From positions 541-64,540 of IMG/VR virus record IMGVR_UViG_3300031911_000004: a DNA stretch of 64,000 bases. The stretch is one strand, 5' to 3'. This document shows, in pieces, positions 54,611 to 63,776 of the stretch; within the stretch, counting starts at the first letter, position 1, and the number at the start of each line of letters is the position of its first letter. Under the pieces are notes generated by a model. The model did no database searches, was not told the origin of the DNA, and saw only the letters and a program-made list of their open reading frames with translations. A program made the translations under genes and the position numbers. This stretch comes from a virus.

Positions 54611-55009
54611 TTATGCCGATTTCCATTCATCGCCCTCAACTACTGGAGGAGTGGGAGGTTTTCGGGTAAACGTGAATGCCTGCCCCTCTTGATCCAAGTG
54701 AGTCGCCTCACGAACGAACTCTGCGAAGAAGTGCGGGCACAAGCACCCGGCCCTGTCAGCAAGATCAGCCAACATTGGTATCAGGTTGTCACCGCACCAT
54801 CCGCCCTGGGTGTACCTAATAGCTGCCTTCTCTCCCTCCTCACGTTCTGGGATAGCCATTACTATTTCGACAGAGAAACGCATCACAACGGAACGCTGCG
54901 GGATGCTGCAATCGGAGTAGTGCTTGTTCCCAACGAGTTCGTCACAGTCCCGGCATCGCCCCGTGGAATCTGCATCCGCCTCCTGAACGATATGATTTTG
55001 GGCAAGCAT
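54611..55009 (-). CDS. Hypothetical Cys-rich phage protein
   Basis: CRDC...H..DC and CLCP motifs; start uncertain. Confidence 0.55.
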   Translation of the reverse strand: MLAQNHIVQEADADSTGRCRDCDELVGNKHYSDCSIPQRSVVMRFSVEIVMAIPEREEGEKAAIRYTQGGWCGDNLIPMLADLADRAGCLCPHFFAEFVREATHLDQEGQAFTFTRKPPTPPVVEGDEWKSA

Positions 55010-55013
55010 GTGG

Positions 55014-55442
55014 TCAGAATTCCTCCTCTGGCTCAAGCCCTTTTTGCTTGAAAAACCACTCAGCAGCGACCAGTAGAGTTTTAAAGAACTCTTCCCTCGG
55101 TACTCCTTGGCTTTCTGCATGAGTGATGATGCGACCTATCGTATTGAGGGTGCTTGGCTGTTGTGAATGGGAATGGAAAACCGAACCGATGCGCTCCCAC
55201 TCCATCCATTGTGAACAATGAAATCCATGATGGTTCTCATGACACGCCTCACACAATGTTCTGAGGCCCCAGTCTGGATAGTTCCAAGGCCATCTGCCAG
55301 AAACATAGTATGAATGATGGACATTCAAATGGACATCATCGGCATGGCACTCCTGGCACGCAAACCCATCTCTCTGCATGATCTCCAGGCGCTTTTTCTG
55401 CCACCTGGGGTCTTTCAGCTTGTCGCTGTAGGTTTTGTTCAT
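55014..55442 (-). CDS. HNH endonuclease-like protein
   Basis: YSDKLKDPRWQKKRLEIMQRDGFACQEC...LNVHH...TLCEACH. Confidence 0.85.
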   Translation of the reverse strand: MNKTYSDKLKDPRWQKKRLEIMQRDGFACQECHADDVHLNVHHSYYVSGRWPWNYPDWGLRTLCEACHENHHGFHCSQWMEWERIGSVFHSHSQQPSTLNTIGRIITHAESQGVPREEFFKTLLVAAEWFFKQKGLEPEEEF

Positions 55443-55451
55443 AACCCAAAC

Positions 55452-55644
55452 AAAAACCCTCTGCGGGAAACTCCGAAAGTTCCGTCCAAATCCGGGGAAG
55501 AGAAACCCGGTAGGCAGTCGAAGCGCCCCGCAGAGGGCATTGGTATTGAGTCTAGTCTCTTCATGTACGGACGCCGTTGGAAATCGGCTTCCCTGACATC
55601 TCTATCAGGGCACTGCATTTTCGCCAAGTCGCCCCTGAGCGCAA
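55452..55644 (-). promoter_or_regulatory. Promoter plus structured attenuator-like leader of the replication operon
   Basis: TTGCGC-N16-GAAAAT; 11-bp stem CCCTCTGCGGG/CCCGCAGAGGG followed by TTTTT, enclosing two inner hairpins. Confidence 0.55.
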
Positions 55645-55668
55645 GAGGTTTTTGCGCTGGTTTGCAAA

Positions 55669-56667
55669 TTAAACAGCCGCTAGGAACGCTTTGATGAACT
55701 CCGCTGCGACTTGTGAAACGATTGCATTGCCGTAACCCCGCAGTAGTCCCACTCTATCGGATACCCCATGAGCCAGCGGGAATGTCCCGGCCTCAACGCG
55801 CCTAAACTTTCCGTCTTTGAATGGCAACACGTCGAAATTACTCCAGCAGCGTCCGAACTCAGTGCGCCGCCCGCTTGATTCGGCCCTCCATTGCTCCCAT
55901 CCGTCGCCCTTGGAGTGTTCCACCCGGCCAGGACCATCGCAGCCTGCTGACTCAATGGAACCCCCGTGTCCGATGGTCTCGGCCCTTTGTCTCCTCTCGT
56001 CCCGTCTTGAGCGGTCGGCGAGCACCAACCCACCATTCTCGCTACAATCTGTAGAGGCAACCCTGCCCCGTTTCCGTTTCGCTTCAACGCCTTTAGGTTC
56101 GAGATTCGCTGTAGGTGGGTGTCCACACTCCCCGTCAAATTGATCGCTTGCGCGTCTGGTGTCGGCCACCCAGAAAATCCGTTGCCGAGGATGCGGTGCC
56201 CCGACGCACGCAGCGCACAGATCGGCGGCCCCGACGCCATACCCCATGTCTTCCAAGTCAAGGCGTACTCCAGAGAGCCAGTCGCGCCCAAGATTGCTTG
56301 CAACCTGTTCGCCAAAGATGACTGAAGGGTTGCACTGTTCGATGTGCCACTTGAATGACGGCCACAAGTGGCGCTCATCATCAACCCCCTTGCCCTCGCC
56401 TGCCTGGGAGAAAGGCTGGCACGGGCAACTTCCTGTCCAGACGGGCTTATCATCCGGCCATCCCGCCAGCCGAAGAGCTGCGGACCATCCACCAATGCCC
56501 GCGAAGAAGTGGACTTGGTTGTATTGCGTGAGTTCTGCTGGCGTGATGTCATCAATGCTTCGTTCATCGACAACTCCTTCTGCGATAACTCCAGTTTTAA
56601 TGAGTTCTCGCAACCATGCCGCTGCTTTGGGATCGTGCTCATTGTAGAAATTCATATCTTCAGACAC
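55669..56667 (-). CDS. C5-cytosine DNA methyltransferase, alpha polypeptide
   Basis: FFAGIGG (I), GSCPCQPFS (IV), GEQV (VI), PHPRQRIF (VIII), YGNAIV (X); motif IX absent from this frame. Confidence 0.9.
   Translation of the reverse strand: MSEDMNFYNEHDPKAAAWLRELIKTGVIAEGVVDERSIDDITPAELTQYNQVHFFAGIGGWSAALRLAGWPDDKPVWTGSCPCQPFSQAGEGKGVDDERHLWPSFKWHIEQCNPSVIFGEQVASNLGRDWLSGVRLDLEDMGYGVGAADLCAACVGAPHPRQRIFWVADTRRASDQFDGECGHPPTANLEPKGVEAKRKRGRVASTDCSENGGLVLADRSRRDERRQRAETIGHGGSIESAGCDGPGRVEHSKGDGWEQWRAESSGRRTEFGRCWSNFDVLPFKDGKFRRVEAGTFPLAHGVSDRVGLLRGYGNAIVSQVAAEFIKAFLAAV
55680..56381 (-). CDS. C5 methyltransferase beta polypeptide, nested in an alternative frame
   Basis: Open overlapping frame with GWPTP/GWNTP repeats and motif IX-like LRPGHSRWLMGYPIEW, as in M.EcoHK31I. 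Confidence 0.7.
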   Translation of the reverse strand: MMSATCGRHSSGTSNSATLQSSLANRLQAILGATGSLEYALTWKTWGMASGPPICALRASGHRILGNGFSGWPTPDAQAINLTGSVDTHLQRISNLKALKRNGNGAGLPLQIVARMVGWCSPTAQDGTRGDKGPRPSDTGVPLSQQAAMVLAGWNTPRATDGSNGGPNQAGGALSSDAAGVISTCCHSKTESLGALRPGHSRWLMGYPIEWDYCGVTAMQSFHKSQRSSSKRS

Positions 56668-56914
56668 TCAGGCAAACGTATCCGTCGCCGGGGATGATGA
56701 CCGTGTAGGAGCCATAAACGCGCTGGGTCAACTCAGTGCCCAGCCACTCTGTCGGCTCCAGGTTCTCGTCGTCGCCAAGCTCACGGAGGAACGCCCGCCA
56801 CATCGGACGGGTGATGAATGTCGTGACCTCCAGTTCTGTTGCGCCAGGGCCTTTGGATTCGCGGGCACGGGTGACTTGTCCGATGAGTGCGTGGGTAATG
56901 TCGTAGTCGCTCAT
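56660..56914 (-). CDS. Hypothetical protein
   Basis: 84-aa ORF with overlaps on both sides. Confidence 0.55.
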   Translation of the reverse strand: MSDYDITHALIGQVTRARESKGPGATELEVTTFITRPMWRAFLRELGDDENLEPTEWLGTELTQRVYGSYTVIIPGDGYVCLSV

Positions 56915-57150
56915 CGGCAGGCGTCTCGTTTGCGGAAAATGACCATCCGGCGGTTGTGGTCCAGTTCATGCGTGCAATCAACTGCGTCAGCGATTGATTT
57001 TGCGGCATCCTCAAGTGTGACGAGAAATGGAGTCTTTGACTGCATCGCAACTCTGACATCTTCGACGATCATTTGGCCGACGAATGTCGCGTTGTTGAGT
57101 TGCAGCTTATCCTTCACGATGTCCCGAAGGTCGTTGAATGACGTTTTCAT
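56911..57150 (-). CDS. Hypothetical protein
   Basis: 79-aa ORF in operon. Confidence 0.5.
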   Translation of the reverse strand: MKTSFNDLRDIVKDKLQLNNATFVGQMIVEDVRVAMQSKTPFLVTLEDAAKSIADAVDCTHELDHNRRMVIFRKRDACR

Positions 57151-57152
57151 AA

Positions 57153-57968
57153 TTATGCTCCTTTGTTGATCTCCTCCATCCTCTTCTCCATCTGTTCAAG
57201 TCCTTTGCGCAACATCGACACCTGATATTGGATCTGCTGGGTGAACACCTCTTGCTGCGCCTTCACCTTGTTGCGGACAATCGTCCCGACGTACGGCGAA
57301 GTGTGGTCGATCCCCGCGGATTGCAGGTAGGCGATGATCGAACCGTAGGACTCGCAGAGAGCGCGGGTCTCCTGGCTCTCGCGGTTCAGTTTGCGCATCA
57401 TCTCGCGGGTCTTCCGTGATACCGCGAGTCCGAGAGCCTTGTCTTCCTCCTTCTCGTCAAGAAACTGCTGCGCCCGTTCACGAGCGCCCATTTCGCGGTC
57501 AACGCCGATGGTTGCCCGACACATCAAGACGTAGCGGAAAACTGACTCCGGGATCTTCTGGTCGGTTCTGCACACGGCTTTCTTGCGGGTGATGAGCCGC
57601 ATCCCGGTTCCCCAGCCGACAGCCTCCATCAACCCGACCTCTGCCGGGAGTTCATTGGGATGGATGATGCCAGGGGCGGCGGCGAAGTACAGGGTATTGC
57701 ACATCTCAAGGTATCCCTGCCATTTCCGGTCGCCGAGGAAGTCTCCACGAGTGACCTTGATCTCGTAGCCTGTGATGTGCGGCTTAGACCAGCTACGCGG
57801 CATGACCCATGCGTCCATCTTCTTGTGCGTGGACCGTGCTTGCGTGCTGCCGTCCTTGCACTCTGGGACAAACACGTCCTCAATGTGCTTCTGCCGCAAC
57901 GCTGAAAGGATGTGACTCGCGGTGTATTTGCGGTCAGACTTCTTGGCGGTGAATAGGTCTGCACTCAT
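57153..57968 (-). CDS. MmcB-like PD-(D/E)XK nuclease-fold protein
   Basis: MDAW...GYEIKVTRGDFLGDRKWQGY...LYFAAAPGII...GL. Confidence 0.75.
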   Translation of the reverse strand: MSADLFTAKKSDRKYTASHILSALRQKHIEDVFVPECKDGSTQARSTHKKMDAWVMPRSWSKPHITGYEIKVTRGDFLGDRKWQGYLEMCNTLYFAAAPGIIHPNELPAEVGLMEAVGWGTGMRLITRKKAVCRTDQKIPESVFRYVLMCRATIGVDREMGARERAQQFLDEKEEDKALGLAVSRKTREMMRKLNRESQETRALCESYGSIIAYLQSAGIDHTSPYVGTIVRNKVKAQQEVFTQQIQYQVSMLRKGLEQMEKRMEEINKGA

Positions 57969-58222
57969 ACCTCATTCCATAGTTTCCAGCCGTTGAGTTC
58001 CGCAAGACTGGCGACAGCTTCTTCCTCAGAATCCGCAGCGATGATCCTGCCCTGCACAGAGGCAGCGAGGATGTCATCCACAGTCTCGGGATAGTCACCT
58101 ATCCACGCCTCCCATGTCAGATGATGTTCGGGAGTCTGTCGCGTCTTTACATCGTGCTCATGCAACCACCGGAGACGCGGCGACAGGACGGGAGGGAGGT
58201 CGGGGAAGAGGTCGTCGCTCAT
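57965..58222 (-). CDS. Hypothetical protein
   Basis: MSDDLFPDL...LSPRLRW...LWNE. Confidence 0.55.
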   Translation of the reverse strand: MSDDLFPDLPPVLSPRLRWLHEHDVKTRQTPEHHLTWEAWIGDYPETVDDILAASVQGRIIAADSEEEAVASLAELNGWKLWNEV

Positions 58223-58875
58223 TTCGCCTCCTTCTTCGTTGGCGTTGCGGTGTAGGACCAGTGGTAGAGAGTCCAAGAATCCTTTGATGTTTGATACGAT
58301 TTCTCGAAATGCGAATGGAAATTCGAGTAGGAATGATGCCACCCATCACCAGCGCAGTCAGCACAGATTAACCCAGTTGGGTCGACGCCTGATTCATCGC
58401 AGAGAAGGCATGGAGTCGTCTCGAATCCCATCTTGTAGGCTTCACCTTCCGTCACATCACACGGCTTTCTCACGCGCACATCCGACAGGGTGACAAGGGT
58501 TCGGACTGCCCATGGTGGCATCTGGGTGGAGGATCTCCATTGGAATCCTGGAGGCAATCCCCAGCCTTCCTCCTCAGTTGGATCAGCCTTGTAGGCAAGG
58601 ACTGCTGGATAACCAGAGAGGGCCATATCTCCCCACGTCTCCTTGCCAAGCAGCGGGACGTTGAGGGGGAGGGGGATTCCCTGAAGTTCGGACATGCCGT
58701 CATGCATGAACCACCGAACACCATTTTGAAGCGGGAGCTGTGAAGTTATGGCGGACACTCCGCGGGCCAAGAAGGCAGGATGCGGTTGAGGGTTCAACAC
58801 CCTCCAGATCGTGATGGTCTCACCACGGGCCAGCGCTGCCGACTCATGGGGTTTCAGATTGATGCATTTCTTCAT
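58219..58875 (-). CDS. ASCH/PUA-like phage protein with Cys-rich insertion
   Basis: GKETW...WRSSTQMPPWAVR...VRV...EA..G, plus CLLC/CADC. Confidence 0.65.
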   Translation of the reverse strand: MKKCINLKPHESAALARGETITIWRVLNPQPHPAFLARGVSAITSQLPLQNGVRWFMHDGMSELQGIPLPLNVPLLGKETWGDMALSGYPAVLAYKADPTEEEGWGLPPGFQWRSSTQMPPWAVRTLVTLSDVRVRKPCDVTEGEAYKMGFETTPCLLCDESGVDPTGLICADCAGDGWHHSYSNFHSHFEKSYQTSKDSWTLYHWSYTATPTKKEAK

Positions 58876-58880
58876 AGATT

Positions 58881-59264
58881 CTACTCCTCATGTTCAAAGT
58901 ATTCATCCTGCTCATCGTATGGAGCCAGTCCAATAAGACGTTTGGTTGATCTTCTGACCCAGTTCCCGGCGATGATGTCCTGCACCATGTGGCCGAAAGT
59001 CTTGTATAGGGTTCCTCGCTTGGAGAGGACACCATAGGCTTTGAGCGACACCGTGACGGCTGTCTGGCCGCCTGGGTACTCGCGATGCCTCACGGGCGGG
59101 TTGCTGGCCACAGGAAGGCGCACCCACTCACCTGATATCAGGTCCTCGAAGAATCGCTTCGGGCTGGGACGCTTTTGGTACACGTACCCCTCCTTCACGC
59201 AGAGTTCACGGAACTCCTTCCCCAGTGCGGCGGGGTAACTCATGCACATCTCATTTCCCTTCAT
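58881..59264 (-). CDS. Hypothetical protein
   Basis: 127-aa ORF in operon. Confidence 0.55.
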   Translation of the reverse strand: MKGNEMCMSYPAALGKEFRELCVKEGYVYQKRPSPKRFFEDLISGEWVRLPVASNPPVRHREYPGGQTAVTVSLKAYGVLSKRGTLYKTFGHMVQDIIAGNWVRRSTKRLIGLAPYDEQDEYFEHEE

Positions 59265-59457
59265 TTCGTCGGTTCCTCGGTTGATTGCTTTATCTCGGAA
59301 TACTTGCGGTTCGGGTGCTGGTTGGCCTCCAGCCAGTCAGCGGCTTGACGCCAGTTCTTGAATGCTGGTGAGCGTCTCTTTGTGACACCCTCTGGATGGT
59401 CGCGAGACGGGATGGTTGTTCCCGGCCTCGCGTAGATGATGGAGATGAAGGAGCGGG

Positions 59458-60102
59458 TCACGCGTATCCCTTTTTCACCCTTCTTCTTAGCGTTTCTTTG
59501 TGCATGCCATATTTATCAGCTATGTCATTCAACATGACGCCTGACATAAATAATTCTCTTGCGCACTTCAACTGCGCATCCGTTAAACGCCTTTTTCCGG
59601 GTCTTGGTCCACTCACAAATTGACCTCCATTCCTTCCCTTTGCCATCATGTCTAAAATGTTATCTCGGCAATCACCCTTAAATAGGTGATCAGGATTATT
59701 GCATGAAGGTGTGTCACATTTATGTAAAATCATAAACTCACCAGCTAAAGTGTTGTTTGCGACTTCCCATGCAACTCGATGGGTGCTATATAGGCGGCTT
59801 CTTCCTTCTACGAAGATACGTATTTGGCCGTACATTTTTGAGTGAGAACCAGACCATAGCCAGCACCCACTTGAGGACACTTTTAATTTTGGTTTTATCC
59901 TATGGGACCAACTCCACTTTTTATTTTTAAACTCATGCCCTGCGTAATCATACTTAGGCACCCTGGCTATTTTTATGCCTAATTTTGACGCTTTCGTCAC
60001 AATGGATGTTGGCGTTTTATTCAGCAATCGGCATACAATTTTCATGCCGCGGCTTGCATTTTTACGAAGCATTTCGACTTCAGAATCAGACCATGTTTTC
60101 AT
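59458..60102 (-). mobile_element. HNH homing endonuclease
   Basis: CWLW...YGQI...THRVAW...ILHKCDTPSCNNPDHL...DN..DM..KGR plus C-terminal HTH; strongly AT-rich. Confidence 0.85.
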
Positions 60103-60127
60103 GCCGCCAGCATAGACAACATAAAAT

Positions 60128-60529
60128 CTAACTGCAAATCCTTTTTAATTCATCACGTGCTTGCTCAACTGATTTTATCAGGCACCATTCACCCCGTTGG
60201 GTTAAAATTAACGTGCGTACATGCTCTTGACCTGGGTCTAGTTTCCCATTGCCAAACTTAACCTCCCACGCTACGAATTTGCCATTAAGGCAGAAGATAA
60301 AATCCGGCGTGGATTTAGTCCCAGTCCGCCGTTTATGCATAGCGTCTTGGTCGAACCAGATGCCACGCAACCGCAGAAGGTCCGCTATCTGATTCTGCAA
60401 GTCGCGCTCAGACTTGATCGTGTATCGGCTGATTGCTTCCTCAGCGGTCATCACGCGGGCACCAAGAGCCTTGCGATCCTCGGGCCGCATACGGCGCAGC
60501 ATGTTGTCAGGGAGGTCGGTGGATTTCAT
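60128..60529 (-). CDS. VRR-NUC / resolvase-like PD-(D/E)XK nuclease
   Basis: SERDLQ...TPDFIF...AWEVK...L..GQ. Confidence 0.8.
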   Translation of the reverse strand: MKSTDLPDNMLRRMRPEDRKALGARVMTAEEAISRYTIKSERDLQNQIADLLRLRGIWFDQDAMHKRRTGTKSTPDFIFCLNGKFVAWEVKFGNGKLDPGQEHVRTLILTQRGEWCLIKSVEQARDELKRICS

Positions 60530-60864
60530 TCTCCCTCCTTCCATAGGCCGAGGCAGATGCCGAAGGCTTCTGCGCGTTGTGGCGGCGTGGCCATGTGTTT
60601 ATCGAATTCCGAAACTCCTTCATCCTTCATCATGATTTTATAGGTCAAGCAGTGCATATAAAGAGCCTCCTTTTCATAGGGCATCGCCATCAACATCTCA
60701 TGACATGCATTGAGGTCATTGAAGTAGTCTGGGACTGGGATAGGCCCAATATCTGGCGCTTTCTGGGACCGCGGATGTCCAACGATAAGATCGGGACCGT
60801 CATAATGTATATGATGCCATCCCATCGCCTCGGCTATCTTGATACGTTTCTCTTCCAGCGTCAT
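60526..60864 (-). CDS. Hypothetical phage protein, paralog of 47675-48037
   Basis: KRIKIAEAMGW...VPDYFNDLNACHE...LWKEGE. Confidence 0.7.
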   Translation of the reverse strand: MTLEEKRIKIAEAMGWHHIHYDGPDLIVGHPRSQKAPDIGPIPVPDYFNDLNACHEMLMAMPYEKEALYMHCLTYKIMMKDEGVSEFDKHMATPPQRAEAFGICLGLWKEGE

Positions 60865-61009
60865 ACCTTCTCCTTCCTCTTGGTCTTCTTTCGCGCCTTC
60901 TGCATCATCGCCTGTTGTTCTGGCGTGATCGTCCGCTTGCTAGCCTTCCCGCCCTTTCGCGAGAAGTCGGCAAGACTGTCAGGGATTTCAGTGTGGCAGT
61001 TCGGGCACT

Positions 61010-61333
61010 TCATGCGGACTCCTTCTTGTGTTTAAGGTAGCGGAGATATTCTCGAAACCCGTCAGGGAAACAGTCGGCAACCTCCTTGTATTCAAACCAC
61101 CGCCGTTGAGCGCGAGTCATCTTTCGAGGTGTGCCCATCTCGCCGTATTCAACTCCATCGGTCGGATGGTAGTTGTTCACAGTTCCCGGCTTCTCGCTGT
61201 CCAGTGTCACGCCGATGTAGTTGCCGCGATCCGCGACTATGATGCCTGGTTTTCCGCCGATCACCACGCGACGCCCAATGCAGGCAGGAACGCCGTAGTA
61301 GTCGGTGATGTATTGAAATGGCTTCTGGGTCAT
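61010..61333 (-). CDS. Conserved phage hypothetical protein
   Basis: YYGVPACIGRRV...GII...GNYIGV.LD...HPT. Confidence 0.65.
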   Translation of the reverse strand: MTQKPFQYITDYYGVPACIGRRVVIGGKPGIIVADRGNYIGVTLDSEKPGTVNNYHPTDGVEYGEMGTPRKMTRAQRRWFEYKEVADCFPDGFREYLRYLKHKKESA

Positions 61334-62079
61334 TCCCCCTCCTTCTGTTGAGGTGCTGGAGGGAGAGGTATCCAGTGGGTAGGAATAACTTCAATTTGTC
61401 GCATCTCCACTTGGCATTCAACTGATGATGCGCTCCTGTAAAACACAGGGCAAGCAAACCATTTTTCATTCCACCTGAAACCGCGAGCGGTTGTTTTGTC
61501 TTCTTCTGGCCCCCATGCTAAGTCACAGAAAAAGTACTTACCATCCGATTTTGGAGCCGTCTCGATGGTTTGCCATCCCTCCAGTGTGTACCGTGGAGGT
61601 TGAGGGGTGGAGTTGGAGAGGGTATCCCGCATATGTGCTTCGAGGACTGGATCAAGCCAATCTCTACGAGTCGGGAGTTCGTTCACCACGCGATTGAGAA
61701 TATGCTCCAACTCCTGAACGCGGGCGCGGAGGTCTTGCTTCTCGTTGTCCAGCTTGTTGACTAGAACAGCGGACTCCTCCAGCGCCTTCAGGTTGTCGGC
61801 AATCTCGGCCTTCGCCTTCAGCCCCTCCTCTGCCGCTGCGATGAGGGCGGGAGCGAGGTTGTGGAGAGAGACAATGGACTGAGCATTCGCCTCAATTTCC
61901 TCCAGGGGGTAAGCGCACCCTCCAGAGTCCATGAATGCCACACACTGCCCCGACGAGTCTAAAATAACCGGAAAATTCCCAGAATGGTCCTTCCGTATTT
62001 CAGTGACCCAAGTAATCCCCGTGCCATTGTCCAGGGACAACTTCAGCCCGTCCAGTTCTTCTTGTGTGATGGTGTTCAT
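61330..62079 (-). CDS. Mosaic Ead/Ea22-like protein with DUF551-type C-terminus
   Basis: NAQSIV..HN..PAL; WQTIETAPK...PTHWIPLPPAP. Confidence 0.7.
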   Translation of the reverse strand: MNTITQEELDGLKLSLDNGTGITWVTEIRKDHSGNFPVILDSSGQCVAFMDSGGCAYPLEEIEANAQSIVSLHNLAPALIAAAEEGLKAKAEIADNLKALEESAVLVNKLDNEKQDLRARVQELEHILNRVVNELPTRRDWLDPVLEAHMRDTLSNSTPQPPRYTLEGWQTIETAPKSDGKYFFCDLAWGPEEDKTTARGFRWNEKWFACPVFYRSASSVECQVEMRQIEVIPTHWIPLPPAPQQKEGE

Positions 62080-62354
62080 ATCGCGACTCCGTGAAATTCG
62101 TACAGGTGGTTTTTGATCGCCTCGATGTCCAGACCGTGCTTGGACATCTCAAGACGAAGCTGTTGACTCTGGACAAGCTGATCTGTCTCCAGCATCTCAA
62201 CAGGACGGCGGTTCAAGGGTTCAACCTCGAAAGTGCCGTCCTTGATTTCAGTCCAGTCGGAGAGGTCCGATGAATAGGATTGATCCCCCTCTTTAGGAAT
62301 CCACCCCCAAGCTTTCGCCTCTGCGGCGGTGAAGATTTTCCAGTTGGTTGTCAT
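62076..62354 (-). CDS. Hypothetical protein
   Basis: 92-aa ORF with ATGA overlaps. Confidence 0.5.
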   Translation of the reverse strand: MTTNWKIFTAAEAKAWGWIPKEGDQSYSSDLSDWTEIKDGTFEVEPLNRRPVEMLETDQLVQSQQLRLEMSKHGLDIEAIKNHLYEFHGVAI

Positions 62355-62737
62355 GACTCGGCGGCTCCTTTCACTTTTCCGAGCACCTCTATGGCTTTAC
62401 TCCACTTGGAGCAATGGTCAGCGAAGTTAGATGAATGATGCCATTTCCGCATCACAGACTCAGCGTCGCCACTCGGATATGTCTCTTGAAGCCACGACTC
62501 AAAAGCTGACTGCTCGGCATTGAGCAACCTTTCCTCCAAAGCTTCCCACAAGCATGGAGCAGCGGCGATGAGACGGGCATCTTCTTCTGCTATGCAGCCT
62601 GTTACGCTCAAATAGCGACCATCCACCCAGCCAAGACCATCACTTGCAACAGGTGTGATGATCCATACAGTTGGATCTCCTGCCACTACGGATGGTTTAG
62701 CCACCCATGGCCCCGGCGTGTGTTTTATTTCGCTCAT
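62351..62737 (-). CDS. Conserved phage protein (HTPGPW family)
   Basis: KHTPGPW...DARLIAAAP. Confidence 0.7.
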   Translation of the reverse strand: MSEIKHTPGPWVAKPSVVAGDPTVWIITPVASDGLGWVDGRYLSVTGCIAEEDARLIAAAPCLWEALEERLLNAEQSAFESWLQETYPSGDAESVMRKWHHSSNFADHCSKWSKAIEVLGKVKGAAES

Positions 62738-62773
62738 ACAACGCAATCGTAGCCGCTTATGTTTTCGCGTCAA
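62738..62773 (-). promoter_or_regulatory. Sigma70-like promoter
   Basis: TTGACG-N16-TACGAT-N8-ATG; shares TAAGCGGCTA.GATTG with 48886-48921. Confidence 0.75.
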
Positions 62774-62951
62774 TAGGTTTCCTCACAAAATCTTGTGGTC
62801 TGGCGTGGAAATTCTGATTCGATCATCTGGCAACTCAATTGCAGACGCAATCGTGATTGCATCGCTCTCTGATGTCGCCTCGTCGTAGGTGTCCCAGACG
62901 CCGCAAATCTGGACCTCGATGATCCAGACCTGCGGAGGAGTGGTTATTTCG

Positions 62952-63776
62952 TCATTCGTCTTCACTGCCCCAAGCTATCTCCTTCAGATATTTGGCGGGA
63001 GCAAGAGGCTTGATTCCGCCGCCGTATCCAGGCCACTCAGAAGGCGGCTTGCCTCGATACTGCTTCAGCATCGCGATACAGTAATCCAGTTTTTCGCGCC
63101 CACGTCTTAGCATGTCATCAGTGGGTTTATAAACCTGCACCTCATGCGGGGCCTTGTTTTCTTCCGCAATCCAGAAAGGGTAGATGTTCTCATGCCCTTC
63201 CGATTGCAGACCGCGTGAGTAGATCACAAGCTGCATATCGTAGTCAAGTTGATCCACCTTCTTGGCAAACGAGTGCGGGCGGCAGTCCTCCAAGGTCTTG
63301 AGATCCCCCAGAATCGCGCCCTTGACCATCTCTTGCCCTTCCTTCCATTGCCCTACGCCGTCCATATCCAGCAGCATCTTGAAATCGATGCCGTCGATAT
63401 TGCACTGAATGCATCGCTCCCGGTTGCGGCATCCTCGAATCAGCGCGACAGCATCCACGTCACGCGAGATGCGCTCAGCCATGCGTTCGGTCTTTTTCAC
63501 ATCCTCTTCTTTGATTATCGGAAGAGTCTGTGCTTTGCGCCATTCCTTGCCCTCCTTGGTCGCGAAGTTCATCCCAGATGGCTTCACCGCATAAAAATGC
63601 GAGATGTCCTTGCCTTCAAGAATCAACGCATGAGCCAATGTCCCCACCGCATAGCGAGACGGATCATCGGGCTCAGGATCGTTCACTGCCGCAATGTAAT
63701 GCGCCGGAGAGCGAAGCATGTACTTCAGAGTGGAGAAGTTAACCGCCTCTATACGGCTGTATTGTTCACGATTCAT
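62952..63776 (-). CDS. RecE/exonuclease VIII-like PD-(D/E)XK nuclease (DUF3799-type)
   Basis: NFSTLK...SPAHY...GTLAHALILE...KMLLD...DLKT...YDMQLVIY; directly downstream of recT. Confidence 0.85.
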   Translation of the reverse strand: MNREQYSRIEAVNFSTLKYMLRSPAHYIAAVNDPEPDDPSRYAVGTLAHALILEGKDISHFYAVKPSGMNFATKEGKEWRKAQTLPIIKEEDVKKTERMAERISRDVDAVALIRGCRNRERCIQCNIDGIDFKMLLDMDGVGQWKEGQEMVKGAILGDLKTLEDCRPHSFAKKVDQLDYDMQLVIYSRGLQSEGHENIYPFWIAEENKAPHEVQVYKPTDDMLRRGREKLDYCIAMLKQYRGKPPSEWPGYGGGIKPLAPAKYLKEIAWGSEDE

